Source: Phycisphaerales bacterium
GTDB lineage: Bacteria; Planctomycetota; Phycisphaerae; Phycisphaerales; UBA1924
Reading direction: 5' to 3'
DNA length: 64,000 nt
Assembly (NCBI GenBank): GCA_050246015.1
Contig: JBFWWU010000008.1
Span: 71,709 to 135,708, forward strand
Shown: one piece after another, positions 9,348 to 19,445 of the stretch
How the letters are laid out: each line of letters starts with the position of its first letter
How positions within the stretch are numbered: the stretch's first letter is position 1
Translations under genes and position numbers: made by a program
The notes under the pieces: model-generated
Database searches by the model: none
The model's input: the letters and a program-made list of their open reading frames with translations, nothing else
What the model was told of the DNA's origin: nothing

Positions 9348-10411
9348 GGCACCCTCCGCAACACCAGCGCCCCCAGGATCGCCTCCAGCGCTATCACCGC
9401 CCCCCCCGCCACCGCCCACGACTCAAATCTCTCCTCATAATCCGTGTACTCCACCGTCTCCACGCTCGTCTTCTCCAGTCGATCGATCTCCTCGTACATC
9501 CGCCGCATCGCGTCCGCGTCATCCGCCGAGAACGACTCGCCGCCCGTCGTCGCCGCGATCCGATCCAGCAAGCGCGTATCCACCGAACTCCGCACCGGCA
9601 CGCGACGCTTCTCCCCGAAAAAGTCGATCACCTGGTAACTCATCCCCGTCCCGATCCCCACGGTGTAGACCTTGATCCCCCACTTCGCCGCCAGTTCCGC
9701 CGCCTCTTCTGGTGACCGCTCCCCCGCGTTGTTCTCCCCGTCCGTGAACAGGATGATCAACTTGGTCTTGATCTTCAGGTCTTTCCCCGCGTTCTCCGGG
9801 CGCGCGAGAAACTCGTCCTCGGCTTTCTTCAGCCGCGCCGCCGCCAGCGACAGCCCGTCGCCGATCGCCGTGCCATCCTCCTCCCTCGTCCGCGCCATCG
9901 GGATCGTTTCCGCCAGTTGGACCAGCGTGCCAGGATCGCGCACCAGCGGACACACCGTCTCCGCCTGCCTCGCGAATGTCACCAGTCCCAGCAGATCGTT
10001 CGGACGCCCCTTCAGATGCCCGCCCTTGGCTTCGTTCCCCAGCGCAAACTCCCTCAGCACGCTCTTGACCACATCCAGCCGTGTCGCGTACCCGCCATCG
10101 AACTCCATCTCCTGACGCATGCTCCCCGATCGGTCGATCACGATCTGCATCGCGACCGCGTCCGTGCTCGTCTGAACCCGCCCCACGCCGAACTGCGGTC
10201 GCGCCAGCGCCACCACCAGTAGCGACAGCCCGATCGACCGCATCGCCGGCACAAGCCACGTCAGCCGCGAGCGAACCCCCCGTGGCACCTCCGCCAACGG
10301 CAGCGCCGATGGGAACACGATCGCCGCCCGGCGGCCCCGACGCGCCGACCACCACGCCAGCACCGGCACGAGCACCAGCAGTCCAAACGCCCACGGCGAA
10401 TGAAAACTCAT
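9344..10411 (-). CDS. batA: BatA-like vWA domain membrane protein
   Basis: N-terminal TMs, then a vWA domain (QIVIDRSGSM, ILFTDGENN) and a C-terminal TM. 4-bp overlaps on both sides. Confidence 0.7.
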   Translation of the reverse strand: MSFHSPWAFGLLVLVPVLAWWSARRGRRAAIVFPSALPLAEVPRGVRSRLTWLVPAMRSIGLSLLVVALARPQFGVGRVQTSTDAVAMQIVIDRSGSMRQEMEFDGGYATRLDVVKSVLREFALGNEAKGGHLKGRPNDLLGLVTFARQAETVCPLVRDPGTLVQLAETIPMARTREEDGTAIGDGLSLAAARLKKAEDEFLARPENAGKDLKIKTKLIILFTDGENNAGERSPEEAAELAAKWGIKVYTVGIGTGMSYQVIDFFGEKRRVPVRSSVDTRLLDRIAATTGGESFSADDADAMRRMYEEIDRLEKTSVETVEYTDYEERFESWAVAGGAVIALEAILGALVLRRVP

Positions 10412-11583
10412 GCCCCGCCCTCCCCCCTCGATGCCGGCGTCGCCGCCGCGCTCACCATCGAGATGATCGCCTCCACGTCCTTCCGCGCCTTCACCACGTC
10501 GCCGTCGTGCACCCCAAGCCCCGCGAACTTCGCCACGTCGAACTGCTCGAGCACCCGCTCGATCTCCTCGCGCGGTATGCCCGGTCGCTCCGCCAACTGC
10601 CCCCCGATCGCCGCCGTCGTCCGATCATCGGGCCGCAGCCCGCACGCCGAAATCACAAACTCGCGAAGCGCCGCGTCCAGCCCGCTCATCGCTCGCTCCC
10701 CTTGGGCCGCCAGCATGCCGTCTCCCTTGAACAGCGCCCCGATTCGACGTCGCGCCTCCACATCAGCCGGCACGCTCCGTGGCGCCCGCCTCCGCTTCGC
10801 CACCACCAGCGACGCCGCGACCACGCCCCCCGCCACCACCACGCCCACGCTCGCGATCACCACCGGACGCAGCGATCGGTCCGGCGCCACCGCCGCGATC
10901 CCTCGCATCGCCCCGGGATCGACGCCCCCAACGGCCCCGCCGGGAGTCCCCGGCGTGATCGAATCGCCCGCACCGGCCGGCAGCACGCTCCGTACTTCCA
11001 CCGCGATCGGTTCGCTGCGAACCGTCGCCGGACCTCCCCCACCACCGGCTCCGCTCACCACGAACTCCAGCGCCGGCACATCGTGCGACTCCGCGATCGT
11101 CGGCTCAAGCGTCAGAACCCGCTGAGTCGCCACCATCAACAGCCCCCCCGGCACATCCATCGAAGCCGGCAGCGGCGCGGCCTCCGCCCCCGTCACGTTC
11201 GCGACCCGGAACTCGCCCAGGCTCGCGCCCAGCGCAGGCCACTCAATCCGACTCCCCGGCCGCGCCACCACCATCAGCCTCACCCGTAGCCGCTGCGCAT
11301 ACGTCATTTCAGTCCGGTCCAACTCCACACGCACCATCGGCGCCCGGCCGGCAACAGAATCCGCCGCCGACCCCCCCTCGCTGAAGTAATCGCGAAACAC
11401 AGGCCGCCCATCCGCACCGCCTTCCATCACGACCGCGCCACGTGCCTCGCTTGATCCAAACGCCACCGCGACCGTCACCACCGCCAGCGCCACCGCCATC
11501 ACCAGCACGATCCGGAACTCACCCCGGTCCAGCCCAGGCCGGCCGCTCCGCTTGAACCTGTGATGTCTTTCTCGTCGAATCAT
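10408..11583 (-). CDS. membrane protein of the Bat/MoxR operon (DUF4381-like position)
   Basis: Sits between DUF58 and batA, as in characterised bat operons. Has an N-terminal TM (IVLVMAVALAVVTVAVAF) and a second TM (VVIASVGVVVAGGVVAASLVV). The start was chosen at the internal M (MIRRERHH) abutting the DUF58 stop. Confidence 0.45.
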   Translation of the reverse strand: MIRRERHHRFKRSGRPGLDRGEFRIVLVMAVALAVVTVAVAFGSSEARGAVVMEGGADGRPVFRDYFSEGGSAADSVAGRAPMVRVELDRTEMTYAQRLRVRLMVVARPGSRIEWPALGASLGEFRVANVTGAEAAPLPASMDVPGGLLMVATQRVLTLEPTIAESHDVPALEFVVSGAGGGGGPATVRSEPIAVEVRSVLPAGAGDSITPGTPGGAVGGVDPGAMRGIAAVAPDRSLRPVVIASVGVVVAGGVVAASLVVAKRRRAPRSVPADVEARRRIGALFKGDGMLAAQGERAMSGLDAALREFVISACGLRPDDRTTAAIGGQLAERPGIPREEIERVLEQFDVAKFAGLGVHDGDVVKARKDVEAIISMVSAAATPASRGEGGA

Positions 11584-12494
11584 GCACTCCGTCTCAGTTC
11601 CCGCCGCCGGAAGAACATCACCAGGTCGTGTACATACGACGGCTTGCGGTCCGGCCCAAGGTGCGTGGAGACCGAAAGACAATCCACCCCTCGCTTCGAC
11701 AGACCATCCAGCAGCGCCTGCCGACGCCGACGCGCTTCTGATTCAAAGGCCCGCCGCACCCGCACGCTCCCGGAATCAACCAGACGCCTCTCTCCAGTCT
11801 CCGCGTCCTCCAACTCGACAAGCCCCGCGCTGGGCCACCGTCGCTCGCGCGGATCCTCCACGATCACCGCCGTCGTGTCGTGCTTCCCCGCCAGCACCCG
11901 CAGCGCCTCCGCCGCCGGCGTCGCGTCGCGCGTCGCTGAAACGAAATCCGATACCACAAACACCACCGACCTCCGCCCAAGCACGTGCACCAGCCGATCC
12001 GCCGCCGCACGCTGATCCGTCCCCCGTCGCCGTGGCTCATACCCCAGCAGTTCCCGCGCAATCCGCAGCACGTGCCGCGACCCCTTCCCCGGCGGTATGT
12101 ACAACTCCACCTCGTCCGTATACACCAGCAGTCCCACGCGATCGTTCTTCCGCAGCGCCGCAAACGCGATGATCGCGCACACCTCCGCCGCGATCTTCCG
12201 CTTCGGCGCGTCCTCCGACGTGAAACTCCCCGACGCGCTCATGTCCACCGCCAGCATGATCGTCAGTTCCCGCTCCTCCGTGAACCGCTTGATGAACGGC
12301 TTGCCCGTTCGCGCCGTCACGTTCCAGTCGATGAACCGCACGTCATCCCCCGGCTCATACTCACGAACATCCGCAAACTCCATCCCACGCCCCTTGAACG
12401 CCGACGAATACTCCCCCGCGAACACCTCCGTCACGGCGTGCCGCGCCGTGATCTGAAGCCGCCGAACTTCTCTCATCAGTTCCTGTGGACTCAT
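11580..12494 (-). CDS. DUF58 domain protein (MoxR-associated vWA-like)
   Basis: MSPQELMREVRRLQITARHAVTEVFAGEYSSAFKGRGMEFADVREYEPGDDVRFIDWNVTAR...MLAVDMSASG is the canonical DUF58 signature. Immediately downstream of moxR. Confidence 0.75.
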   Translation of the reverse strand: MSPQELMREVRRLQITARHAVTEVFAGEYSSAFKGRGMEFADVREYEPGDDVRFIDWNVTARTGKPFIKRFTEERELTIMLAVDMSASGSFTSEDAPKRKIAAEVCAIIAFAALRKNDRVGLLVYTDEVELYIPPGKGSRHVLRIARELLGYEPRRRGTDQRAAADRLVHVLGRRSVVFVVSDFVSATRDATPAAEALRVLAGKHDTTAVIVEDPRERRWPSAGLVELEDAETGERRLVDSGSVRVRRAFESEARRRRQALLDGLSKRGVDCLSVSTHLGPDRKPSYVHDLVMFFRRRELRRSA

Positions 12495-12618
12495 CCCGCG
12501 TCACCCGTCTTCGTGCCTCGATGCCTCATCCCTCGATGCCTTCCCTACCCCACACACTCCCGTTGTTCGATCGCACCCCCGCTTCACGCCGCTCCGCGCG
12601 CGAGTGGCCACACGCGCC

Positions 12619-13650
12619 CTACGGCGCCCTCACATGCTCCAGGATCTGCTTCACCACGTCCTCGCTCGTCAGTTCCTGCGCCTCCGCCTCGTACGTCACG
12701 ATCACCCGGTGCCTCAGCACGTCCATCGCCACCGACTTCACATCCTGCGGCGTCACGTACGTCCGACCCTCCAGCAGCGCCCTCGCCTTCCCCGCTTGCG
12801 CCAGCGCGATCGTCGCACGCGGCGACGCGCCGAACTGCACCAACTCCGCCACGTTCACCTTGTAGTCCGCCGGCGTGCGCGTCGCTTGCACCAGGTTCAC
12901 GATGTACTCGCGAATCTTGTCGTCCAGATACACCCGGCTCGCCGCCTCCCGCGCCGCGCGAACCTCACCGACTGAAATCACCGGCGACACATCCCCCTTC
13001 ACCCCCGCCTCCGTGCCATCCCGCCCAGCCGCCTTCCGCACCGCCTCCGGAACCACCATCCGGTCCAGGATCATCCGCTCCTCCCCCTTGGTCGGATACC
13101 CCACCCGCACCTTCAACATGAACCGATCCACCTGTGCTTCCGGAAGCGGATACGTCCCTTCCTGCTCGATCGGGTTCTGCGTCGCCAGCACCAAAAACGG
13201 ATCCGGCAGCGCATACGTCGTGTCGCCGATCGTCACGTGCCGCTCCTGCATCGCCTCCAGCAGCGCGCTCTGCACCTTCGCCGGCGCTCGATTGATCTCG
13301 TCCGCCAGCACGATGCTCGCAAACACCGGCCCCTTCCTCGGCGTAAACGAGCCATCCCGCGGGTTATACACCAGCGTCCCCACCAAATCCGCCGGCAACA
13401 GATCCGGCGTGAACTGGATCCGCTTGAACGTCGCGTCGATCGCCGCCGCCAGCGTGCTCACCGTCAGCGTCTTGGCCAGCCCAGGCACCCCCTCCATCAG
13501 CACGTGCCCGCCCGTCAGCAGCCCGATCAGCAGGCTGTCCACCATCGCACGCTGTCCCACGATCACACTCGACACTCGATCCACCAGCGCGCGGATCGGC
13601 TCCGAATATCGCTTGATCTGCTCGTCCGTCAGTCGTTCAAGGTCTGCCAT
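12619..13650 (-). CDS. moxR: MoxR-family AAA+ ATPase
   Basis: Walker A GVPGLAKT, Walker B LADEINRA, LEAMQERHVTIGDTTYALPDPFLVLATQNP. Diagnostic MoxR/RavA sequence. Confidence 0.85.
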   Translation of the reverse strand: MADLERLTDEQIKRYSEPIRALVDRVSSVIVGQRAMVDSLLIGLLTGGHVLMEGVPGLAKTLTVSTLAAAIDATFKRIQFTPDLLPADLVGTLVYNPRDGSFTPRKGPVFASIVLADEINRAPAKVQSALLEAMQERHVTIGDTTYALPDPFLVLATQNPIEQEGTYPLPEAQVDRFMLKVRVGYPTKGEERMILDRMVVPEAVRKAAGRDGTEAGVKGDVSPVISVGEVRAAREAASRVYLDDKIREYIVNLVQATRTPADYKVNVAELVQFGASPRATIALAQAGKARALLEGRTYVTPQDVKSVAMDVLRHRVIVTYEAEAQELTSEDVVKQILEHVRAP

Positions 13651-13810
13651 GCGATTTCATCCTGATCGCCATATCCACCCCCACCATCCACACAGCCCCC
13701 ATGCGCAATGTGGGGGCACGTCGCCGAATACCAAGACGCGCACAGACTCCCAATCCGTCGGCACCAAGTTCTTGTCAAACGCCGAACGCTCAGTGTCGAA
13801 CCTCAAGCCT

Positions 13811-13842
13811 CAAAACAAAATACCCCGCTCGAACGAGCAGGG
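13811..13842 (-). terminator. rho-independent terminator downstream of DUF3467 gene
   Basis: On the minus strand: 8-bp stem CCCUGCUC/GAGCGGGG with loop GUUC, followed by UAUUUUGUUUUG. Confidence 0.5.
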
Positions 13843-13876
13843 TAATCAAACTCAACCACCATCGCAGTACCGGTGC

Positions 13877-14203
13877 TTACTCAGCCAGCCGCGGGCCACC
13901 GCCCCCTCGCTGTCCCTGATCCAGCACGATCTCCCCGTTGCGCTCTTCGTACTGTCGGATGATCTGCCCAAGGCTGATCGCCAGCCGCTTCGCCCCTCGC
14001 CAGTTCATCACCACCCGGCTACCCACCGAGAAAATCAGCGCCGGCTGATTGTCCGGCGTCGGCATCGGCAGATTGATGCCGAAGTCCAGCACCACTTCCT
14101 CCGCCGTCGTTGAAGTTCGGATCGTGTTCGCGTAGGCGGTGTTCATCCGCGATTCATCAATGCGGAGTTGCACCTGCTGCTGATTCGGCGTGTTCTCGGC
14201 CAT
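13877..14203 (-). CDS. DUF3467 family protein
   Basis: MAENTPNQQQVQLRIDESRMNTAYANTIRTSTTAEEVVLDFGINLP... is a small conserved protein of DUF3467 type. The start was chosen at the second M. Confidence 0.55.
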   Translation of the reverse strand: MAENTPNQQQVQLRIDESRMNTAYANTIRTSTTAEEVVLDFGINLPMPTPDNQPALIFSVGSRVVMNWRGAKRLAISLGQIIRQYEERNGEIVLDQGQRGGGGPRLAE

Positions 14204-14583
14204 CGAAGATTCTCCCTTCAAGGTATCTCAATCGTGGGCATTCATGCTCACTTCGTTCACAACTCGTGCTCGCGGCTCTGGCACGGCCGAGGAGCCGGGC
14301 CAAGACGATAGGACCGGTCCATCCCCAAGTCGCGTTTCAACCGTTCCGCCCACTCTTTTCGCACTCCCCTTCTCCCTGTTCCACACTCACAAGTTCGCAG
14401 ACTGTCGGGATGTTGCCATCCAATCTTCCCTTCGACCGATCTGGCCTTGCCATCCTCTCCAGCGGGGAGCGAGGCACAGGTGCCGCAGCCTCTCTCCTTC
14501 GTACCCTACGATCGAATGTGAATGTCTCCCCAGGCTCCCCCCCGCTCCCCTTCTCAAGCGCCCCGCTCCCATGCCCCCTCGGC

Positions 14584-15741
14584 ATGACCGCGCGCGAGTA
14601 CGCAGTTCACTGCCGAACCCTCGGCGTCCGCGGCGGCGAGCCCTGGGCTCTCGATCGCTACCGCCGTCTCTTCAAACTCGGCGATCGTTCCGATCCCCTC
14701 CTCGTTCCCTCGACTTCCCCCGCCACATCCCTCACCCCCAACCCCCCCTGGCTGCCCCCAGTCGTTCGCACCCATCTCTCCGACTCACCCGAAGGCCGCG
14801 TCCTCAAGTTCGCCCAGCGCATCCCCGGCCGCTCTCCCTCCGACCCGCCTCTCGAAACCGAGTCCGTCCTCATTCCCATGATCGGCAAGAAGGGCAGACG
14901 CACCTACACCGTCTGCGTCTCCAGTCAGGTCGGCTGCGCCATGGGCTGCGCCTTCTGCCAGACCGCTCAGATGGGGCTCATCCGCTCCCTCACCCCCGAT
15001 GAAATCGTCGCTCAGTGGTTCGCCGCCCGTCACGTCGTCCTCCCCGACCCATCCCTCGGGCTCGACCCACTCGCCCCGATCACCAACATCGTCTTCATGG
15101 GAATGGGTGAGCCCCTCGACAATCTCGACGCCGTCATCCTCGCCATCGAGGTCTTCACCGATCACCGCGGCGTCGGTATCCCCATGTCCAAAATCACCAT
15201 CTCCACCGTCGGTCGCATCGACGGCATCCGCCGCCTCAACGACAAAATCCGCGAGCATGGCTGGCACCGTCTCGGGTTCGCCGTCTCGCTCAACGCCCCA
15301 AACGATCACATCCGTTCCCAGATCATGCCTATCAACCGGGCCATGCCCCTGCAGCCCCTCCGCGACGCTCTCCTCCAGCGCCGCGTCTTCGGCGGATTCA
15401 AGTACTGCTTCGAATACGTCCTCATCCCCGGCGTCAATGACGCCCCGGAACACGCTCGCCTCGTCGCCGACTTCATCCTCGGCCGCGCCGAGTTCGCCGG
15501 ACAGCCCCCACTCAAAGGCCTCGTCAACCTCATCCCCTACAACCCCCGCGACCATTCGCCCTGGACCGCCCCGGACGAATCCAGCGTCGATCAGTTCCTT
15601 TCCTGGCTCACCGCCGAGGGCGTCTACACCAAGCGCCGCAGGACCAAGGGCCGCGACACCATGGCCGCCTGCGGTCAACTCGGCAATCCCTCCCTCCGCC
15701 GCCGACCCCTCTCCCACCTCACCATTTCTCGCAACCCCTAG
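14584..15741 (+). CDS. rlmN: 23S rRNA/tRNA (adenine-C2)-methyltransferase RlmN (radical SAM)
   Basis: CVSSQVGCAMGCAFCQT radical-SAM cysteine motif, MGMGEPLDN, IPGVNDAPEHA. Full-length, ~385 aa. Confidence 0.8.
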   Translation: MTAREYAVHCRTLGVRGGEPWALDRYRRLFKLGDRSDPLLVPSTSPATSLTPNPPWLPPVVRTHLSDSPEGRVLKFAQRIPGRSPSDPPLETESVLIPMIGKKGRRTYTVCVSSQVGCAMGCAFCQTAQMGLIRSLTPDEIVAQWFAARHVVLPDPSLGLDPLAPITNIVFMGMGEPLDNLDAVILAIEVFTDHRGVGIPMSKITISTVGRIDGIRRLNDKIREHGWHRLGFAVSLNAPNDHIRSQIMPINRAMPLQPLRDALLQRRVFGGFKYCFEYVLIPGVNDAPEHARLVADFILGRAEFAGQPPLKGLVNLIPYNPRDHSPWTAPDESSVDQFLSWLTAEGVYTKRRRTKGRDTMAACGQLGNPSLRRRPLSHLTISRNP

Positions 15742-15799
15742 CCCACCCTCCCCCTCACTTCACTTGCCGCTCATCCCGTCGTATACTCCTCGCGTCTTG

Positions 15800-15874
15800 G
15801 GCTTGTAGCTCAGTTGGCTAGAGCGCACCCCTGATAAGGGTGAGGTCGTTGGTTCGACTCCAATCAGGCCCACA
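15800..15874 (+). tRNA. tRNA-Ile (anticodon GAT)
   Basis: GGGCTTGTAGCTCAGTTGGCTAGAGCGCACCCCTGATAAGGGTGAGGTCGTTGGTTCGACTCCAATCAGGCCCA: cloverleaf with anticodon loop CTGATAA, T-loop GGTTCGACTCC, 7-bp acceptor stem. Confidence 0.85.
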
Positions 15875-15891
15875 TGCAGACTGCCTCGCTC

Positions 15892-15921
15892 GGCCCCGGA
15901 TTTCCGGGGCCATTTCTTTGC
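15892..15921 (+). terminator. rho-independent terminator after tRNA-Ile
   Basis: GGCCCCGG-AUUU-CCGGGGCC perfect 8-bp hairpin followed by AUUUCUUUG. Confidence 0.5.
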
Positions 15922-16082
15922 TCGCCGCCGACCTCGGCTATCCCGCACCGGCCGCCCGGTGCTGACCGCGCCTCCCGGCCGACTGGCGCCGTTCATCACC
16001 GAGTTCCCCCAAGACCGCCGCGCCCCTACCCCCACGCCGGCTCACGACCAGGAGCCGGGACCGCCCCCACCATCTTTTTGTA

Positions 16083-16133
16083 AACCATTTGGTTGACAAT
16101 CGATCCGGCGCAGATACACTAAACCATATGGTT
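16083..16133 (+). promoter_or_regulatory. ArsR-type operator (two 12-bp palindromic boxes) bracketing a sigma70-like promoter, overlapping arsR start codon
   Basis: AACCATTTGGTT (16083-16094) and the perfect palindrome AACCATATGGTT (16122-16133) flank TTGACA (16093-16098) - 16 bp - TACACT (16115-16120). The ATG of arsR lies inside the second palindrome. Confidence 0.5.
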
Positions 16134-16523
16134 CTAGATCGATCGCCCACCCTCGACCGCGTCTTCCACGCCTTGGCTCACCCCGCGCGCCGCTCCATGG
16201 TCCGCCGCCTCGCCGCCGGCGAACGCAACCTCAGCGAACTCGCCGCCCCCCTCAACATGTCCTTCCCCGCCGCCTCCAAGCATGTCCGCGTCCTCGAACG
16301 CGCCCGCCTCGTCAAACGCCGCGTCTCCGGCCGGCAGCATCTCTGCCGCCTCCAGGCCTCCCCCTTGAAAGACGCCGTCACTTGGACCGAGCAGTTCCGC
16401 GCACACTGGGAGCAGCGCTTCCAGGCGCTCGACGCCCTGCTTGACGAAATGAACTCCGGCGACCGCGATTCATCCCCCGCCCCGGATTACCCCCCCGCTC
16501 ATTCCCCCCATCGACCCGCGTAG
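16128..16523 (+). CDS. ArsR/SmtB family transcriptional regulator
   Basis: MVLDRSPTLDRVFHALAHPARRSMVRRLAAGERNLSELAAPLNMSFPAASKHVRVLERARLV has a winged-helix ArsR signature (HPxRR, ELxxxLxxSxxxxSxHLxxL). The listed ORF start at 16089 (TTG) lies inside the promoter and was rejected. Confidence 0.75.
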   Translation: MVLDRSPTLDRVFHALAHPARRSMVRRLAAGERNLSELAAPLNMSFPAASKHVRVLERARLVKRRVSGRQHLCRLQASPLKDAVTWTEQFRAHWEQRFQALDALLDEMNSGDRDSSPAPDYPPAHSPHRPA

Positions 16524-16537
16524 GAGGACTTTGCCCC

Positions 16538-17059
16538 ATGAACGCCGCTCTGAAAGTCTCAACCCCGTCCGATCTGGAGATCGTCATCACTCGCTCGTTT
16601 AGCGCTCCCCGCACGCGAGTGTGGGACGCGATGACCAAACCTGACCTCGTCCGCCGATGGATGTTCTGCCCGCCCGGCTGGTCCTGGGCCACCTGTATCA
16701 TGGACGTCCGCGTCGGCGGGGCCTACCGCTGGGAGTGGAACGGACCCGATGGCACACTCGCCATGACCATCCACGGCGTCCACCGTGAAGTCGTCCCCCC
16801 CTCCAGGATCGTTCACACCGAACGCATGGAAATGGCCCCGGGCTCAAACTGCGGCCCCGCCCAGGACGCCGACGACGAACCCTGGGAACTCGTCGCCACC
16901 CTCGAACTCACAGAACACCGCGGCGTCACGTCCATGAAAATGACGCTCACCTTCGGCTCCAAACAGGCTCGCGACGCCGCCCTCAAGTCTGGAATGGAAC
17001 ACGGCATGGAAGCCGGCTACCAGTCTCTCGACGCCTTTCTTGCCCAGTCTCCGGCATGA
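16538..17059 (+). CDS. SRPBCC-superfamily protein (Aha1/activator of Hsp90 ATPase homolog-like)
   Basis: ~170 aa: LEIVITRSFSAPRTRVWDAMTKPDLVRRWM... Co-located downstream of arsR, which is the common ArsR-SRPBCC pair. Confidence 0.7.
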   Translation: MNAALKVSTPSDLEIVITRSFSAPRTRVWDAMTKPDLVRRWMFCPPGWSWATCIMDVRVGGAYRWEWNGPDGTLAMTIHGVHREVVPPSRIVHTERMEMAPGSNCGPAQDADDEPWELVATLELTEHRGVTSMKMTLTFGSKQARDAALKSGMEHGMEAGYQSLDAFLAQSPA

Positions 17060-17065
17060 TCCCGC

Positions 17066-19246
17066 TCACGCCGGGCTCGGCATCGCCCCCGGCGGGATCT
17101 CCGTGTCCCGCTCGCTCGTCGGCTTTGGTCGCCGCGGCGCCTCTTCCAGCCGCTTCGCCTCCGCCGCCAGTAGATCGCTCACCGTCGGCTTCGTCATCGT
17201 CCCGCCCGCGATCAGCCGCTTCACGTCGTCCGCGCTGAGCGTCTCATACTTCAGCAGCGCCTCGGCGACCGCCACCACCTTGTCCCAGTTCTCGTCCAAC
17301 AGTTTCTTCGCCTCCCCGTACGCCTCGTCCACCAGCCGCTTGATCTCTTCGTCGATCAGGTGCGCCGTCTCGTCCGAATAGTCCTTCTCAGGGAGTTGGA
17401 TCTCCCGCGTGTCCGCCGGCGCGTACCGCACGAACCCCAGCCGCTGGCTCATCCCCCACTCCAGGATCATGCTCCGCGCGATCGACGTCGCCATCGCGAT
17501 GTCCATCGCCGCCCCCGAGCAGATATTGTTCGTCCCGCGCTCCTCCGCGATCCGCCCGCCGCATAGCACCCGCATCGTCGCCTTCAGCCACTTCAGCCCG
17601 TACCCCATCCGGTCCTTCGACGGCAGGCTCATCGTCGATCCCAGCGACTGCCCCCGCGGGATGATCGTCACCTTGTGCAATGGATCCGCGTCCGGCAGCA
17701 GCGCCTGCAGCACCGCGTGCCCCGCCTCGTGATACGCCGTCAGTACGTTGTCGTCCTGCTCCCGGTGCATGCTCTTGCGCGCCCGCCCGTACTTCACCTT
17801 GTCCCGCGCCTCCTCCAGGTCGTCCTGCTCCACGTAGTCCTTGTTCTGCAGCGTCGCCGCGATCGCCGCCTCGTTGATCAGCGCCGCCAGGTCCGCGCCG
17901 CTGAACATCGGCGTCGCCCGCGCCACTCGCTCCAGGTCCACGTTCGGTCCCAGTTTCACCTTCTTCGCGTGCACCTTTAGGATGTCCACTCGCCCCTTCA
18001 CATCCGGCCGCGGCACCACGATCTGCCGGTCAAACCGCCCCGGCCGCGTCAGCGCCGGGTCCAGAACGTCCGCTCGGTTCGTCGCCGCGATCACGATCAC
18101 CCCGTCCGCAGAGTTGAACCCGTCCATCTCCACCAGGATCGCGTTCAGCGTCTGCTCACGCTCGTCGTGCCCGCCCGTCGAATACCCCCCGCCCCGACGC
18201 CGGCCCACCGCGTCAATCTCGTCCAGGAAAATAATGCACGGCGACGACTCCTTCGCCTGCTTGAACAGGTCCCGCACCCGCGACGCCCCAACCCCGACAA
18301 ACATCTCCACGAAGTCAGATCCCGAGATCGAAAAGAACGGCACGTCCGCCTCGCCCGCGATCGCCTTGGCCAGCAGCGTCTTCCCGCACCCGGGCTCCCC
18401 GATCAGCAGCACCCCGCGCGGGATCCGACCGCCCAACTTCATGAACCGCTTCGGATTCTTCAGAAACTCGATGATCTCCGTCACCTCGTCCTTGGCCTCG
18501 TCGATCCCCGCCACGTCGTTGAACGTCACCCCCGTCATCTCCTTCGCCAGCACCCGGTGCCGCGACTTCCCGAAGTTCCCCAGCACGCCCCCAGCCCCCC
18601 CCGCCGCGCTCCGCAGCCCACGAACAATGAAAAACCACAACAGGCCGATGATCAGCAGCAGCGGCAGAAACGTCACCAGCAACTGGCTCCAGATCGACGT
18701 CGATTTCTCCGTGTACTGCCCGTCCGTCAACTCATCAATCTTCGCTCGATAAAAATCCCGCTCCGTCCCCGCCAGCGGGAACACGATCCGCCCCGCCGGA
18801 CGGTTCGTCACCGGGTCCGGCATCCGCTCCGCATAGATCCCGTCATCCTTCAGTTCAACCGTCTTCGGCTTGACCCGGTTTTCCTTGATGCTCGTCGTGA
18901 ACTCCGCCCACGTCACCTTCGTCGCCTGGTTCGTGAACGACGTGAACGCCAGCGCCGTCAGCACCAGCAGCACCAGGAACACCAGCGCGCCGAACATCCC
19001 CCGGCTCGGCTTCACCCCGGGCGGGCCCTTCTGTCCATCATTCCCCGATCCCCCCTGTCCCGGCGGCCGCGATGGATCCGGCGCCCTTCGCTCCGGTTCG
19101 CTCCCGCTGTTCTGTACGCGCTGCCACCCGGCCAATCTAGCCGCCTCGGACGCCCCCGCTTGCCGTTGCTCGGAGAGAATCGCCATGTCCAGAGATTTCC
19201 TTTGTCCCATTGTTCGGCCGTCGTCTTCCTGAATCGACTCTTCCAC
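17066..19246 (-). CDS. ftsH: ATP-dependent zinc metalloprotease FtsH
   Basis: Walker [19 protein letters not shown], second region of homology, zinc site HEAGHAV, two N-terminal TMs. The N-terminal start is uncertain (possible internal start). Confidence 0.85.
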   Translation of the reverse strand: MEESIQEDDGRTMGQRKSLDMAILSEQRQAGASEAARLAGWQRVQNSGSEPERRAPDPSRPPGQGGSGNDGQKGPPGVKPSRGMFGALVFLVLLVLTALAFTSFTNQATKVTWAEFTTSIKENRVKPKTVELKDDGIYAERMPDPVTNRPAGRIVFPLAGTERDFYRAKIDELTDGQYTEKSTSIWSQLLVTFLPLLLIIGLLWFFIVRGLRSAAGGAGGVLGNFGKSRHRVLAKEMTGVTFNDVAGIDEAKDEVTEIIEFLKNPKRFMKLGGRIPRGVLLIGEPGCGKTLLAKAIAGEADVPFFSISGSDFVEMFVGVGASRVRDLFKQAKESSPCIIFLDEIDAVGRRRGGGYSTGGHDEREQTLNAILVEMDGFNSADGVIVIAATNRADVLDPALTRPGRFDRQIVVPRPDVKGRVDILKVHAKKVKLGPNVDLERVARATPMFSGADLAALINEAAIAATLQNKDYVEQDDLEEARDKVKYGRARKSMHREQDDNVLTAYHEAGHAVLQALLPDADPLHKVTIIPRGQSLGSTMSLPSKDRMGYGLKWLKATMRVLCGGRIAEERGTNNICSGAAMDIAMATSIARSMILEWGMSQRLGFVRYAPADTREIQLPEKDYSDETAHLIDEEIKRLVDEAYGEAKKLLDENWDKVVAVAEALLKYETLSADDVKRLIAGGTMTKPTVSDLLAAEAKRLEEAPRRPKPTSERDTEIPPGAMPSPA

Positions 19247-19445
19247 CTAATAACTGTATGAGCGGGCACGGAACTTGTTCGGATCCGCTCGCCTTTCGAT
19301 TCAAGTTGTTCACGTTTTTGCGCACGATCCGACTATCCAGTTCCGCCAATCTCGCCGCGGACTTCTGGCCACGCCTCCCTCGGACTGGGAGGTCCACTCG
19401 TTTCGCGCACCGCCTCGCCGCCTCGTTCTCGCCTCCCCGACCCCC

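Noticed and set aside
10081-11289. 402-aa plus-strand ORF
   Set aside because: Antisense to batA and the Bat membrane protein. R/P/H-rich, with no domain signature.
12875-14113. 412-aa plus-strand ORF
   Set aside because: Antisense to moxR and the DUF3467 gene. It crosses a terminator and an intergenic region.
16089-16127. TTG-initiated N-terminal extension of arsR (MVDNRSGADTLNH)
   Set aside because: It lies inside the -35/-10 promoter and operator palindromes. The ATG at 16128 within the operator is the far more plausible start.
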